DNA of 44,798 nucleotides, taken from the sequence record LT960609; one strand, given 5' to 3'. The number at the start of each line of letters is the position of its first letter. The first letter of the stretch is position 1. This document shows positions 35,511-44,743 of this stretch, in pieces. Position numbers and translations under genes: made by a program. A model generated the notes under the pieces. That model was not told the origin of the DNA. It saw only the letters and a program-made list of their open reading frames with translations, and made no database searches. The stretch is from Escherichia phage SECphi18.

Positions 35511-36931
35511 TTGCGAGCCTTTTTAGCTTTCATGTATTCCATCAAGTCGTCCTGTATATCTCGCTTACTGTCGCGACGCTCGGCGACCAGTTCGTCCAGT
35601 GTTCCGCGCGCCTGGATAATGTAGACGAATACCGGTCGAGGGTGTCCGGCCTGCATCTGGCGAACCGGCCCGATACGTTCAACGATCTGCGAAAAGTGCT
35701 CAAAGTTCCAGGTATCGGAGAAGATTGCCAGGTGATGACCGCCGTCCTGCAAGTTAAGGCCGTGGCCCGCCGATGCCGGGTGTGCAAACATGATGGGGAT
35801 CTCGCCTCTGTTCCACGCTTCCATATCCTTATTGCCCTGCTTACCCTTACCCAACGCGACGCCGTGCGGAAATTTCTTCTTAAGACGTGCCAGGTCATGC
35901 TTATACTGATACGCAACGAGCAACGGCGCGCCGTTCAACTCCTCCACGATACTTTCCAGCGCGTCCAGTTTGGCGTCGTGAATCTTCACCCATTCGTCGG
36001 TGCGCTCGCCGTCTTCGTCGACTTTATACACGGCCCCCGAAGCAAGCTGAAGGCACTTAATAGTCTTCGACGCAGCGTTCGCCGCCTCCACCGTTCCGCT
36101 TTCCAGTTCGGCAAATAGCTCGCTTTCAAACTGGTCGTAAATCTTGCGGGCTTTCTTCGGCAGGTCCACAACAACCGGCGTATAGATTGGCTTGTCGCAC
36201 CCGAAGTATTCTGCCGCGTCAACGGTGAGGGATACATCTGACAGACGTTGTTGTATCTCTTTCTCGGAGTTCTTTAGCGGAGCGTGCTGCATAGTGAAGC
36301 TGCCAGGCTTAACAGGCTTGCTAATAAACCAGCGGTCGGTAAATGCCTTATAGCTACTGCCGAGGCGTTCGCCACCGTCGACAAACCACGTCTGACCCCA
36401 TAAGTCTTTTAGCCCGTTTGGCGCTGGTGTGCCGGTAAGGTTAATCCAGCGCTTGACGTGTTTATGTGCAATCGCTGCCAGTGCGCGGGCGCGCTTGCTC
36501 CCCTGCTTGCTACGATAGCCTTTCAGCTTAGTCGATTCATCGGCAACAACGACCGTAAAGGGCCACGCATCGCCGTAATAGTCTACCAGCCACTCAACCA
36601 CATCGTAGTTAACACAAACCACGTTAGCGTCGCTCTCAAGCGCGGCAATACGGTCCTTCTCCGGTCCGGTGCCGTCTACGACCAGTAGGGATGAGAACCG
36701 CCATTTCTCCTGTTCCGGGGGCCATGTACCCGACGCAACACGCAGCGGGGCCAGCACCAGTACGCGGTCCTCATGATGTGACAGGACGCCAGTCTGGAAC
36801 ATTTTATTCAGCGCCCACATTGTCGCGCCGGTTTTCCCGGATCCCATTGTCGCCCAGATATTACATCGCTTATGCTTGAGGATGAACGCGGTAATCAACT
36901 TCTGATATTCGCGGCGTCGGAATCGTGCCAT
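35507..36931 (-). CDS. SNF2/DEAD-like superfamily 2 helicase
   Basis: 474 aa from internal ATG; Walker A MGSGKTG, DEST box, helicase C-terminal motifs. Confidence 0.65.
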   Translation of the reverse strand: MARFRRREYQKLITAFILKHKRCNIWATMGSGKTGATMWALNKMFQTGVLSHHEDRVLVLAPLRVASGTWPPEQEKWRFSSLLVVDGTGPEKDRIAALESDANVVCVNYDVVEWLVDYYGDAWPFTVVVADESTKLKGYRSKQGSKRARALAAIAHKHVKRWINLTGTPAPNGLKDLWGQTWFVDGGERLGSSYKAFTDRWFISKPVKPGSFTMQHAPLKNSEKEIQQRLSDVSLTVDAAEYFGCDKPIYTPVVVDLPKKARKIYDQFESELFAELESGTVEAANAASKTIKCLQLASGAVYKVDEDGERTDEWVKIHDAKLDALESIVEELNGAPLLVAYQYKHDLARLKKKFPHGVALGKGKQGNKDMEAWNRGEIPIMFAHPASAGHGLNLQDGGHHLAIFSDTWNFEHFSQIVERIGPVRQMQAGHPRPVFVYIIQARGTLDELVAERRDSKRDIQDDLMEYMKAKKARK

Positions 36932-36935
36932 CTCT

Positions 36936-37154
36936 TTATTCCGCCTTTTTCCAGACTTCAGTTTCACTATCCCAGTTCCTCTTTGTGGCGTCGTAGTTGG
37001 TGGCGTGTCCGACGTGGACACCGGTAGCCCGGAAGCTCTTAAATTTTTGCCAGCACACCGTCAACGGCAGCGGATCATTCATGCCTGCGATAAACCACAC
37101 GCGATCGCCCGGTTTACATTCGCCCAGCTTGGTGAGTCGGTAATGTTCTTTCAT
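36936..37154 (-). CDS. Hypothetical protein
   Basis: 72 aa from internal ATG with RBS gggaga. Confidence 0.4.
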   Translation of the reverse strand: MKEHYRLTKLGECKPGDRVWFIAGMNDPLPLTVCWQKFKSFRATGVHVGHATNYDATKRNWDSETEVWKKAE

Positions 37155-37170
37155 CGGCATGTCTCCCAAA

Positions 37171-37195
37171 AATGGCGGGACAAGCCCGCCGTATT
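37171..37195 (-). terminator. Intrinsic terminator on minus strand
   Basis: Minus strand: ggcgggc-ttgt-cccgcc followed by attttt. Confidence 0.45.
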
Positions 37196-37197
37196 AA

Positions 37198-37371
37198 TTA
37201 TTTTTGCTCTGCGCGGTAGCGGCGCTGCCGTTCGCGCTCTTTTTTATTGCGGCACGATTTGCACTCTGCCCGATACCCGTCCGGGCTTCGCGCAGTCTTA
37301 CCGGTGTATTTATGGAACTGGGATAGCGGTTTAACGCAGCCGCAATTACTGCAACGTTTTTCTTCAATCAT
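37198..37371 (-). CDS. Free-standing zinc-ribbon protein
   Basis: 57 aa from internal ATG; CSNCG...CKSC pattern, same as the N-terminal repeats of the HNH endonuclease. Confidence 0.4.
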   Translation of the reverse strand: MIEEKRCSNCGCVKPLSQFHKYTGKTARSPDGYRAECKSCRNKKERERQRRYRAEQK

Positions 37372-37402
37372 CTCTAAAATCCTCGATATGGCTAACCGGC
37401 AC

Positions 37403-37431
37403 ACTATACCGCTATGCGACCAATTCAGCAA
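37403..37431 (-). promoter_or_regulatory. Sigma70-like promoter using an operator-motif copy as -35
   Basis: Minus strand: TTGCTG (inside ATTGGTTGCT), 17 nt, TATAGT; upstream of the zinc-ribbon gene. Confidence 0.4.
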
Positions 37432-37690
37432 CCAATAAATCACAGTCGGCGATGTTGTCTGTAACGCGAACGTCCGCGCCGCGGCGGGCCATCCTCTCAT
37501 GTTCACGTACCTGGTGCGGCTTCGGTTTTCCTCCGGGGCGCTTCACTTCGACGAACACTATTTTGCCGTTGATGATAATAATCAGGTCGGGCGCACCTGC
37601 GCGCCCCTCCCATGCCAGTTTTCGGCAGAATCCGCCAACATCTTTCACCCGTCTCATCAGGTGACTTTGAATCTTGCCTTCTGGTGTCAT
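37412..37690 (-). CDS. VRR-NUC domain nuclease
   Basis: 92 aa; GAPDLIIIINGKIVFVEVK matches the VRR-NUC PD...EVK core. Confidence 0.6.
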   Translation of the reverse strand: MTPEGKIQSHLMRRVKDVGGFCRKLAWEGRAGAPDLIIIINGKIVFVEVKRPGGKPKPHQVREHERMARRGADVRVTDNIADCDLLVAELVA

Positions 37691-38289
37691 TGTCGGCTTT
37701 TCCTTACGGCAGCGATGGCCGGTCCGACAAACTTCTTCATTTCGTCCGGGGTAAACCGGTCCCCGCGGGCTATGTTACACTCTACGCAGCATGGCACGCA
37801 GTTATCTTTCGTATGGCCTACTGCGTTGTCGAGTCGGTCCACGCCATTGTCGCCGGTGAATCCGCAGTATGCGCATGGTTGAGAAGTAAGGCGTAGCACG
37901 TCCTCGGTGGTTAGGTCGGTGTTTAGCCCCTTCCTTTCGTCCGCCTTACGGTACTGAAAGAGCTTATAGTAAGCGCGGATCCCTGGTGTCCGGTGGTTGT
38001 ACTCACGGCGGGACTTATTAGCGCACGACCGGCATTCTTTACGAATATGAGACTGGCTTGCCCGGTTTCCGGGCCGGAAGTTTTCCGGCGTGAGCCGCTT
38101 GCGCTCCCCGCACGTACGGCATGTTACGATCTCCCCAGTATACTCTCGCCATACTTCGCGCGGCGGCGCTCCTCTTTCCCTATCCCGTCGCTCTTTCTTA
38201 TACGCCGCCATGCATTTGGCACACCACGACTGACCCTTGTTGAAAGCGGACTCATCTTTATCCGTATTACAACGCCCACAATGTTTCAT
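37687..38289 (-). CDS. HNH endonuclease with N-terminal zinc-ribbon repeats
   Basis: 200 aa from internal ATG; two CxxC...CxxC ribbons; HNH core CAYCG...GHTKDNCVPCCVECN. Confidence 0.6.
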   Translation of the reverse strand: MKHCGRCNTDKDESAFNKGQSWCAKCMAAYKKERRDRERGAPPREVWREYTGEIVTCRTCGERKRLTPENFRPGNRASQSHIRKECRSCANKSRREYNHRTPGIRAYYKLFQYRKADERKGLNTDLTTEDVLRLTSQPCAYCGFTGDNGVDRLDNAVGHTKDNCVPCCVECNIARGDRFTPDEMKKFVGPAIAAVRKSRQ

Positions 38290-38356
38290 ATACACCCCCG
38301 AAAAAGAAAACGTCAGACAATATTGCCTGACGTTTCCGCTAAAAGCAACATTTCCG

Positions 38357-40648
38357 TTACTTGCGGTATCGATACATACAATCGCCTTCGGCGGCAAGTG
38401 GGAAGCCTTTCGCCCAAATAGGCAGGTCGCACATCAGCGCGCAAAGCTCCTCGGTGGTGTAGTCGTCGGTGTCCGGCACTTCGGTGACCAATTCATCGTG
38501 CACTGACAGGACGATCTCATATCCGGCGGCTTCAACGCCAGGCATGGACCACGCGAGAATATCGCGGCACAACGCCTGTACGATGTTCTCCGTTAGTTTG
38601 CCGCCGTAGGTGTACTGGAAACCCCACTGGCGCGTCGTCTGATTCTCGCCCTGGTATTTGATGCGTGTGCTGGTGCGCTTCTTGCCGGTGTCTTCGTCGA
38701 TCTCGGTCGTGACAGACAGCGCGATACCGGGATAGCTCATGATGCGACCTGACGGCAACTCAATTTTCAACCACCACCCCGCAGCGTTCGGGTCGTCGCG
38801 CTCCTCGTCGAAGGTTGGGTCGTGCTTCGCCTTCGTGCGCACAATCTTGAGCGCTTTTCTACCGTCTGGGCGAACGTTAGCGCCAGCCCAGTAGGCTTTG
38901 CCCGGATTGCGGATTGCACACAACACCGCGTCCTCAAGCTCGGCCCAAAATGCTACGGTCTTCGGGTGGGCCTCACGCCACATGCGTTTGATCGCGTCGC
39001 ATGTCAGCCATACATTTTTAGGCAGTATGTAGGTTGGGCGCTCGTCTTTCTTGCCAGGCTTCGGCGGGCGCTTCGCTTCGTTAATGCGGGCGTATTCATA
39101 ACCCCGTTTAGCCGCTGCCCAAATGTGATCCGGGAACGTGCCTTTCATGACGTCCGCCATAGTGTAAAGGTCGAGGCCCAGGTTTTTAGCGAACTGTAAG
39201 AACGCCGCCACGCCGCCACCATAGCCCAGCCCCAACTCACACGCCTTACCGATCTGGCGCAAGTCTTTGCGGTTGGCTTTGATGTAATCCGGGTCAAGGC
39301 CGAACATCTTACCGGCAGTCTCGCAATAGATATCGCGCCCGGCCTTAAACACCATTAGCGCGGTTTTCTCGCCAGCGATCCAGGCAAGGCCGCGCCCTTC
39401 CACGTTGGAGTAGTCAGCTACGACAAACTTCTTGCCCTTTGCAGGGATAATGCACCCGCGAACGGTCGAGGCGGTCAGCTTCGATATGTCGTACGCCCAG
39501 TGCGCTGTCCCGCGTAACAGGGAATTGATGCCGTTGGTGAGCATGTGCGACCGCACCCAAAACGAGACGTCGCTCTCGCCTTCGCGGCGCTTAATCTTCC
39601 CTTCGTGGTCGTCGCTATACTCGCCGCGTGCCAGGTTTTGCGGCTGGAAGCCTTTACCAGCCCAGCGTAGCGTGCGCTTTGCGCCGCCATACTGAATACA
39701 CCCACGGCGACGACCATCGGCAGACAGGCCATTAACGAGCGGATTGTATTTAGTCGATGCCGTTGATGACGCGCCGAGGCGCATTTCGATAAGCGCTTTG
39801 CCTTCGTCGGGGAAGTCCGGGTCTTCAAGCAAGTCGTTCAGCGTGGATTTCTGCGCGTTGTGGATCGTGAACGCCGGGGCAATATCACGCAGAATCGGCA
39901 GGAAGTCGTTGCCGGTCAGCTTGCCGCCAAACCGCTCCCATGCCTCTTCCTTCAATTCTTCCTTATGCGCCCGCACCGCCTTGATCGCGGCGTTCGCCAG
40001 GTCAACGTCCACATAGAAGCCTCGGTCGTTAATAATCTGGTCGATGAGCAGGATTTCGTCTTCCTTCGGTGAGTTGCCCCAGTCCGGTATGCGCCAGTAG
40101 ACTTCACGCATGGCAACAATATCCAGCGCGGCATAGCGCAGAAATTTGGCCCACTCTTCTGGGTGAGTCTCGCGAGTGTAGCGGCGGATTTTGTAGGTCT
40201 TAGGGGTAGGCTTACAGAATCGTTTAATCAGCGCCTTGCCCGCCTTATCTTTCGCGTGCTCTGCGTCAACGCCCAGTACCTGACACTGCATATCGAGGCT
40301 ACCGGGCAGCGCGTGGCGAAAGGCCATAATCATGGTGTCTTCGATCTGGCTTACCGGCAGGTCAATGCCCCACTTCTCTCGGATAACCAGGCGGTCGAAC
40401 AGGAGGCCGTTAGCCATCACTATTTTAGCTTTCTTACGAGATACACGGCGGAGCGCCTTGCGCAGTTCACGCGGCATTGTGGGGGATTCAGTGGCGTCCC
40501 ATGTCTGCACGCGGCCCTCGTCGATGGCGTATGTGCAAATCATAATCTCGGTCGATGGGTGTTCTGCGTAGGCGTAAGCGCCTACTTTCTTCAGGCCCAC
40601 ATCGCTAAATGTCTCGGTGTCGAGAAACAGACGTTCGAAGTCTTTCAT
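38357..40648 (-). CDS. Family A DNA polymerase with 3'-5' exonuclease domain
   Basis: 763 aa; exo motif LFLDTETFS; polymerase motif C SVHDELV; RBS gagga. Confidence 0.85.
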   Translation of the reverse strand: MKDFERLFLDTETFSDVGLKKVGAYAYAEHPSTEIMICTYAIDEGRVQTWDATESPTMPRELRKALRRVSRKKAKIVMANGLLFDRLVIREKWGIDLPVSQIEDTMIMAFRHALPGSLDMQCQVLGVDAEHAKDKAGKALIKRFCKPTPKTYKIRRYTRETHPEEWAKFLRYAALDIVAMREVYWRIPDWGNSPKEDEILLIDQIINDRGFYVDVDLANAAIKAVRAHKEELKEEAWERFGGKLTGNDFLPILRDIAPAFTIHNAQKSTLNDLLEDPDFPDEGKALIEMRLGASSTASTKYNPLVNGLSADGRRRGCIQYGGAKRTLRWAGKGFQPQNLARGEYSDDHEGKIKRREGESDVSFWVRSHMLTNGINSLLRGTAHWAYDISKLTASTVRGCIIPAKGKKFVVADYSNVEGRGLAWIAGEKTALMVFKAGRDIYCETAGKMFGLDPDYIKANRKDLRQIGKACELGLGYGGGVAAFLQFAKNLGLDLYTMADVMKGTFPDHIWAAAKRGYEYARINEAKRPPKPGKKDERPTYILPKNVWLTCDAIKRMWREAHPKTVAFWAELEDAVLCAIRNPGKAYWAGANVRPDGRKALKIVRTKAKHDPTFDEERDDPNAAGWWLKIELPSGRIMSYPGIALSVTTEIDEDTGKKRTSTRIKYQGENQTTRQWGFQYTYGGKLTENIVQALCRDILAWSMPGVEAAGYEIVLSVHDELVTEVPDTDDYTTEELCALMCDLPIWAKGFPLAAEGDCMYRYRK

Positions 40649-40815
40649 TGCTTAATCCTCACTACGGCGTCAGCGCTGCCGATCATGGAGAAGATGCCGT
40701 CTGACAGGGCGATCTCTTCGCCGTTGTTGCGAATCTCGGCAACCGTGAAATATTCCCCCAGTAGCTTGGACCATACTTGCATTCCGACTTTTACTTCGCT
40801 GGCTTTAATACGCAT
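40645..40815 (-). CDS. Small hypothetical protein
   Basis: 56 aa from internal ATG; 4-nt overlap with the polymerase start. Confidence 0.35.
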   Translation of the reverse strand: MRIKASEVKVGMQVWSKLLGEYFTVAEIRNNGEEIALSDGIFSMIGSADAVVRIKQ

Positions 40816-40825
40816 TTTTCGTTGT

Positions 40826-40850
40826 CCTATTAAAAAGCCCGCATTAAGCG
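40826..40850 (-). terminator. Intrinsic terminator on minus strand
   Basis: Minus strand: agcccgc-ttaat-gcgggct followed by ttttaat. Confidence 0.45.
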
Positions 40851-40873
40851 GGCTTGAATAGTGGGCTTTGCCC

Positions 40874-41659
40874 TTAACGGCGGCGACGTTTACGTGGTGC
40901 TTCGTCTTCGTCGTCGTCCTCATCTTCGTCATCGCGGGACTTGCGGCGCTTGCGAGGTTTTTCATCTTCCTCATCATCGTCGTCGTCATCGCGGCGCTTG
41001 GATTTCTTGGACTTGCGCGGCTTGTCATCTTCATCATCGTCATCACGACGATTTGACTTCTTAGCCTTGCGCGGTGCTTCGTCTTCGTCGTCGTTGTCCA
41101 GGTCTTCATCGGAGCAAGAAGACCCGCCACCCCCGAAGGCTTCACCGTCATCACGGAAGCGTAAACCCAGCAAGCCAGCACCGAGTCCCTTGCCGTTGGT
41201 ATTGTTCCACGCCCAGATATCAAGGGACACGTTGCAATAACAACCGGAGTAGATCTCCTGGCCTTCGATCTCGTCGCCTTCTACTGTCAGACCCTGTTCG
41301 GTCTGCTTCTCACCGAGTGACGTTTGAATGTTTGGCTGTTTGAACGATTTAGCGTTGATGTACAACATGCCTTCGAATTCTTCAGTCACTTCGTCGCGCT
41401 CGTCACCGTCGCGGACTGCGCATTCCTTCGAATCCTGGGCGTAGTGGCGGTCCATCCACTTATCGGCATTCTTCTCGGATTTCAGCTTGTCGGTGAGCAC
41501 TGCGCGCGCTGCCGCTTCCACTTTGTCCACCTGCGGATCTTCTTTATCCAGAAGAATCACGGCACGATATGCCGGTTTTTGTCCATCCTGTTTAGGGGTG
41601 TCACGTTCCCAAATTTTCAGGAAGCATACGCGCACATTTTTCAGGTTGACTTTAGCCAT
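40874..41659 (-). CDS. ssDNA-binding-like protein with repetitive acidic/basic C-terminal tail
   Basis: 261 aa from internal ATG with RBS gaggaa; C-terminal repeats of DDDDEDDKPRKSKKSKRR type. Confidence 0.4.
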   Translation of the reverse strand: MAKVNLKNVRVCFLKIWERDTPKQDGQKPAYRAVILLDKEDPQVDKVEAAARAVLTDKLKSEKNADKWMDRHYAQDSKECAVRDGDERDEVTEEFEGMLYINAKSFKQPNIQTSLGEKQTEQGLTVEGDEIEGQEIYSGCYCNVSLDIWAWNNTNGKGLGAGLLGLRFRDDGEAFGGGGSSCSDEDLDNDDEDEAPRKAKKSNRRDDDDEDDKPRKSKKSKRRDDDDDDEEDEKPRKRRKSRDDEDEDDDEDEAPRKRRRR

Positions 41660-41714
41660 TTTCCAATTCCTCATTTTCACATGTATCGGGGTTATTGGAA
41701 GCCACCCCGTTCGG

Positions 41715-41753
41715 CTTGGTTGCTAATCTACTTGGTTGCGCCTAAGCGGTCAA
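41715..41753 (-). promoter_or_regulatory. Sigma70-like promoter with two operator-motif copies
   Basis: Minus strand: -35 TTGACC, 17 nt, -10 TAGATT; GCAACCAAG copies in the spacer and at the start site. Confidence 0.45.
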
Positions 41754-41992
41754 GCATTTTCATTAAAAAGATTTCTGGTAACGTAGTTGGTGGCGTTCTC
41801 GATCCAGCTTAACGGCGGGCGGTTAATGTTCTTCTCCACCCAATCGACGGCCGCTTCGCTATAGCCGTCATCCAGCCAGCGGGTCGGATGGCGAATCATC
41901 CAGGCAACCATTAACACGCCTTGCACGCAATGCAGGATAAAGCCCAGCGCGCCGAGCAAAAACATCAATAAGATTGCGAATACTTTATTCAT
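41750..41992 (-). CDS. Small membrane protein
   Basis: 80 aa; RBS gaggac; N-terminal TM FAILLMFLLGALGFIL. Confidence 0.4.
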   Translation of the reverse strand: MNKVFAILLMFLLGALGFILHCVQGVLMVAWMIRHPTRWLDDGYSEAAVDWVEKNINRPPLSWIENATNYVTRNLFNENA

Positions 41993-43415
41993 TGCTTAAG
42001 TCCTCGTCAGTGGCTTCAGACCACGCAGGGCGCGGGTCGTCAATTGGTGCTATTACAGGTTTAGCCGGTGCGCGCGTGATTTTATCACACAACTTCGCCC
42101 ACACTTTCGGCTTCTCGTCCTTAAGTACCTTCTCGGCATCCGTAGGACTGAGCAATGTTTCTTTGTACATCACATCGCGCTTGATCCGGGCCTTCGTGAA
42201 GATCTCAATCACTTCGCTCTCGTCCGCCCACTTGCGGATCCCTTCCTTACCGGCAACCATCTTGAGGCCCAACGATTCGCCATCTCCCGCCATGACCGCC
42301 TTGAATACCGCGGACTCGATAGCCTTGATGTGCTGGCGCATTGCGTCAAGACCTTCATATGCCTTGCGCAGTTCCGCCGCGCTCATGGCGCCTGGGGCCG
42401 CTTCCTTCTTACCACGCTTCGCACGTCGTGCCGCTTTCCTGGCTTCGCGGGCCATATTGCGATCGTGATTGGCGCATTCCTCCTCTGTCGCAATACTAGC
42501 GTCGTCGCCCAGGTCTTCGTCGGTTGCCGTTGGAGGTGTCATCGTGTCGATTGCGGCCTTCGCGCGGGCACTACACTGATCCGCAAATCGGCACCACTGG
42601 CACGCATCAACGCTGGGACGGAAGTCGGCACGGGTAAGTCCCTTCTTGCCTCGGGAATACGCCTCCAGTGCGGCAATAGCGCGCTTGGATGCAAACTTCG
42701 CGAATATCTCCAGCGCTTCTACCGAAATATCCCACTCCGACGCCCCTCCGCAATACGGCTGGAAGATAACCAGGCGAACGGTCGTAATGTCGTACATAGT
42801 TTGCAGCTTGCGCAGCAGTCCGAGCGCGTACAACATAAGCTGTTTGTTTTCTTTCGCCTCGACCTTATGCCGCCCGGTCTTCAGGTCGCCAACAATCAGC
42901 ATGTACGTCCCATCGGTCTTTTTCATGACCATGACCATATCGGCAGTACCGAACGTTTTAATCCTGTTGCCGTCGATCTCGTAGCCTGAGTGAAGGACGC
43001 GGGTAAGATCGGCGCGCATCTCAAGCTGGACAAACTCCGCCACTTCGAGGAGCGGTCGCCAGTGGTCGATGTACGCGTCGCACTGTTTCACCATGTCGTC
43101 GTTGACCAGTACGCCGCCTTTCGGTGCTTTAGGGTGCGCCTTTACCGGCCCCTTTCCTTCGTTCTCGACGTAGCACCCTTTATACGTCTTCGCGGTTATC
43201 AGCTTCTCGCCGGCGATAATGCGGTTTAGCACCACCTCCGATACGGTGTGCATACTCGTACCGTTAATCGCCGCTTGCCCTGATTCGTTCGGGATATCTT
43301 TTTCCACCACCAGGGCGGCGGGGCAATCCATCCATTTTTTAGCACCGGATGGGCCGAGTAATGAGTGTTCCGTGTTGCTGCCGGATTGCGTTTTACGTTT
43401 TGGTTTAATCGCCAT
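41985..43415 (-). CDS. DUF2800-type PD-(D/E)xK nuclease (RecB/Cas4-like)
   Basis: 476 aa; N-terminal HSLLGPSGAKKWMDCPAAL signature; Cys cluster CQWCRFADQC. Confidence 0.55.
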   Translation of the reverse strand: MAIKPKRKTQSGSNTEHSLLGPSGAKKWMDCPAALVVEKDIPNESGQAAINGTSMHTVSEVVLNRIIAGEKLITAKTYKGCYVENEGKGPVKAHPKAPKGGVLVNDDMVKQCDAYIDHWRPLLEVAEFVQLEMRADLTRVLHSGYEIDGNRIKTFGTADMVMVMKKTDGTYMLIVGDLKTGRHKVEAKENKQLMLYALGLLRKLQTMYDITTVRLVIFQPYCGGASEWDISVEALEIFAKFASKRAIAALEAYSRGKKGLTRADFRPSVDACQWCRFADQCSARAKAAIDTMTPPTATDEDLGDDASIATEEECANHDRNMAREARKAARRAKRGKKEAAPGAMSAAELRKAYEGLDAMRQHIKAIESAVFKAVMAGDGESLGLKMVAGKEGIRKWADESEVIEIFTKARIKRDVMYKETLLSPTDAEKVLKDEKPKVWAKLCDKITRAPAKPVIAPIDDPRPAWSEATDEDLSNE

Positions 43416-43603
43416 TATTCCACCCTTGAAAATTGAGCAATGTAATAATCGTGTTCAACATTGGCCCGCTTCGCGGCATTGTTCATGGTAGCCGCCAGTC
43501 CTTGAGCTTGCATCCAGCAGCAATTCCAGTTTTGATTCATAACAATTTCTGGTTGCTCGTCGCCGGTAATACGGCAACGAAATAAAACAAAGAATATAGC
43601 CAT
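43415..43603 (-). CDS. Hypothetical protein
   Basis: 62 aa ORF; start directly follows the upstream stop. Confidence 0.35.
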   Translation of the reverse strand: MAIFFVLFRCRITGDEQPEIVMNQNWNCCWMQAQGLAATMNNAAKRANVEHDYYIAQFSRVE

Positions 43604-43855
43604 TTATTTTGTCTCCCAGCGGTCAATTGTTTTTGCTTCGGATGCAACTGCGAAGCGAACATATTCCAGATTGGAATCCGCCCAAATATAAAAGTCGGGG
43701 TTAGTAAAGGTGGTGCGCTTAATTTGCGCGGGGGTGTTACGGCGTTTATCTATTACGGCAACGCGTGACTGAAAGCAGCCGATGCGTTCGAATAGCCAAT
43801 AGTACGGGCGCTGGTCGCGGGAGTCCACCGCCTCGATTAGCGTGAAGCGTGCCAT
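43604..43855 (-). CDS. Hypothetical protein
   Basis: 83 aa ORF; RBS gaggacgag. Confidence 0.4.
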   Translation of the reverse strand: MARFTLIEAVDSRDQRPYYWLFERIGCFQSRVAVIDKRRNTPAQIKRTTFTNPDFYIWADSNLEYVRFAVASEAKTIDRWETK

Positions 43856-43871
43856 TGTCTCGTCCTCTAAA

Positions 43872-43898
43872 AATAGGCCCGCAGATTAGCGGGCCGGA
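43872..43898 (-). terminator. Terminator-like hairpin on minus strand
   Basis: Minus strand: ggcccgc-taatct-gcgggcc followed by tattttt. Confidence 0.4.
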
Positions 43899-43903
43899 TA
43901 ATA

Positions 43904-44029
43904 TTAATCTTCACCGCCGAGTTGTCTATAAACCTCGTCCGGGTCGTCGCCTCTTTCTTCGCAGAAGGCGGTGAATGCCGCCCAATTTTCTGCTATGAAA
44001 TCGAGCATGATTCTCATTTCATAGTCCAT
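43904..44029 (-). CDS. Small hypothetical protein (41 aa)
   Basis: ATG 4 nt downstream of the 44034 gene stop; below ORF-track cutoff. Confidence 0.25.
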   Translation of the reverse strand: MDYEMRIMLDFIAENWAAFTAFCEERGDDPDEVYRQLGGED

Positions 44030-44033
44030 GATA

Positions 44034-44552
44034 TTAATCTTCCAATTCGAAATAAGTTTCGACGATTTCTTTTAGCTCTTTGTGGAAGTCTTCGACGTCG
44101 TCATCTTCCAGCTTGGCGATTGATTTGATCTCGAACGACTCCAGCAGGTCGTCGAATTCGTCGTTCGCATCGTCGTCATCGCCACCGGCAATAATCGCGG
44201 CATACTGTTTGATCTCGTCGCGCATCTCCGCCAGCGGATCGGCATCTTTCTTACCTTTGCCTTTCGCCGGTGCTTTTTTAGCCTTAGCCGGTTTTTCGTC
44301 TTCGGCTTCTTCATCGTCGTCATCTTCTACGACTTCTTTTTTGGCCTTACCCTTTGCCGGCGCTTTTTTAGCCTTAGCCGGTTTTTCGTCTTCGGCTTCA
44401 TCGTCGTCATCTTCGACAACTTCTTTTTTGGCCTTAGACGGCTTCTTGTCTTCCTGCTTACCAACGGCAGCGCCAACGGTTTCATAATGCTTTGCAATGG
44501 TTTCCAGTGCTACTACGCCGCGAGTGATCAGGTTTACGATTTGCTCAAACAT
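44034..44552 (-). CDS. Acidic protein with internal ~90-bp tandem duplication
   Basis: 172 aa from internal ATG with RBS ggagat; repeated KPAKAKKAPAKGK-KEVVEDDDDE blocks. Confidence 0.5.
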   Translation of the reverse strand: MFEQIVNLITRGVVALETIAKHYETVGAAVGKQEDKKPSKAKKEVVEDDDDEAEDEKPAKAKKAPAKGKAKKEVVEDDDDEEAEDEKPAKAKKAPAKGKGKKDADPLAEMRDEIKQYAAIIAGGDDDDANDEFDDLLESFEIKSIAKLEDDDVEDFHKELKEIVETYFELED

Positions 44553-44743
44553 GGTATATCTCCGATTGGTTAAGTTTAGGTGTCGGCAGTTAACTTCGTC
44601 GGTGGCCTTAACATATTGCCAGGTTACGCGTTCTCCCGTTCGGGTAGTGGACCTGGTTATATAATCACGGTTGGGAATCCTGACACTTCGATCCGGCCCC
44701 TGCGTTGCCCCTCTCCAGTTTGCGTCCTGCATCCTGTCGACGG

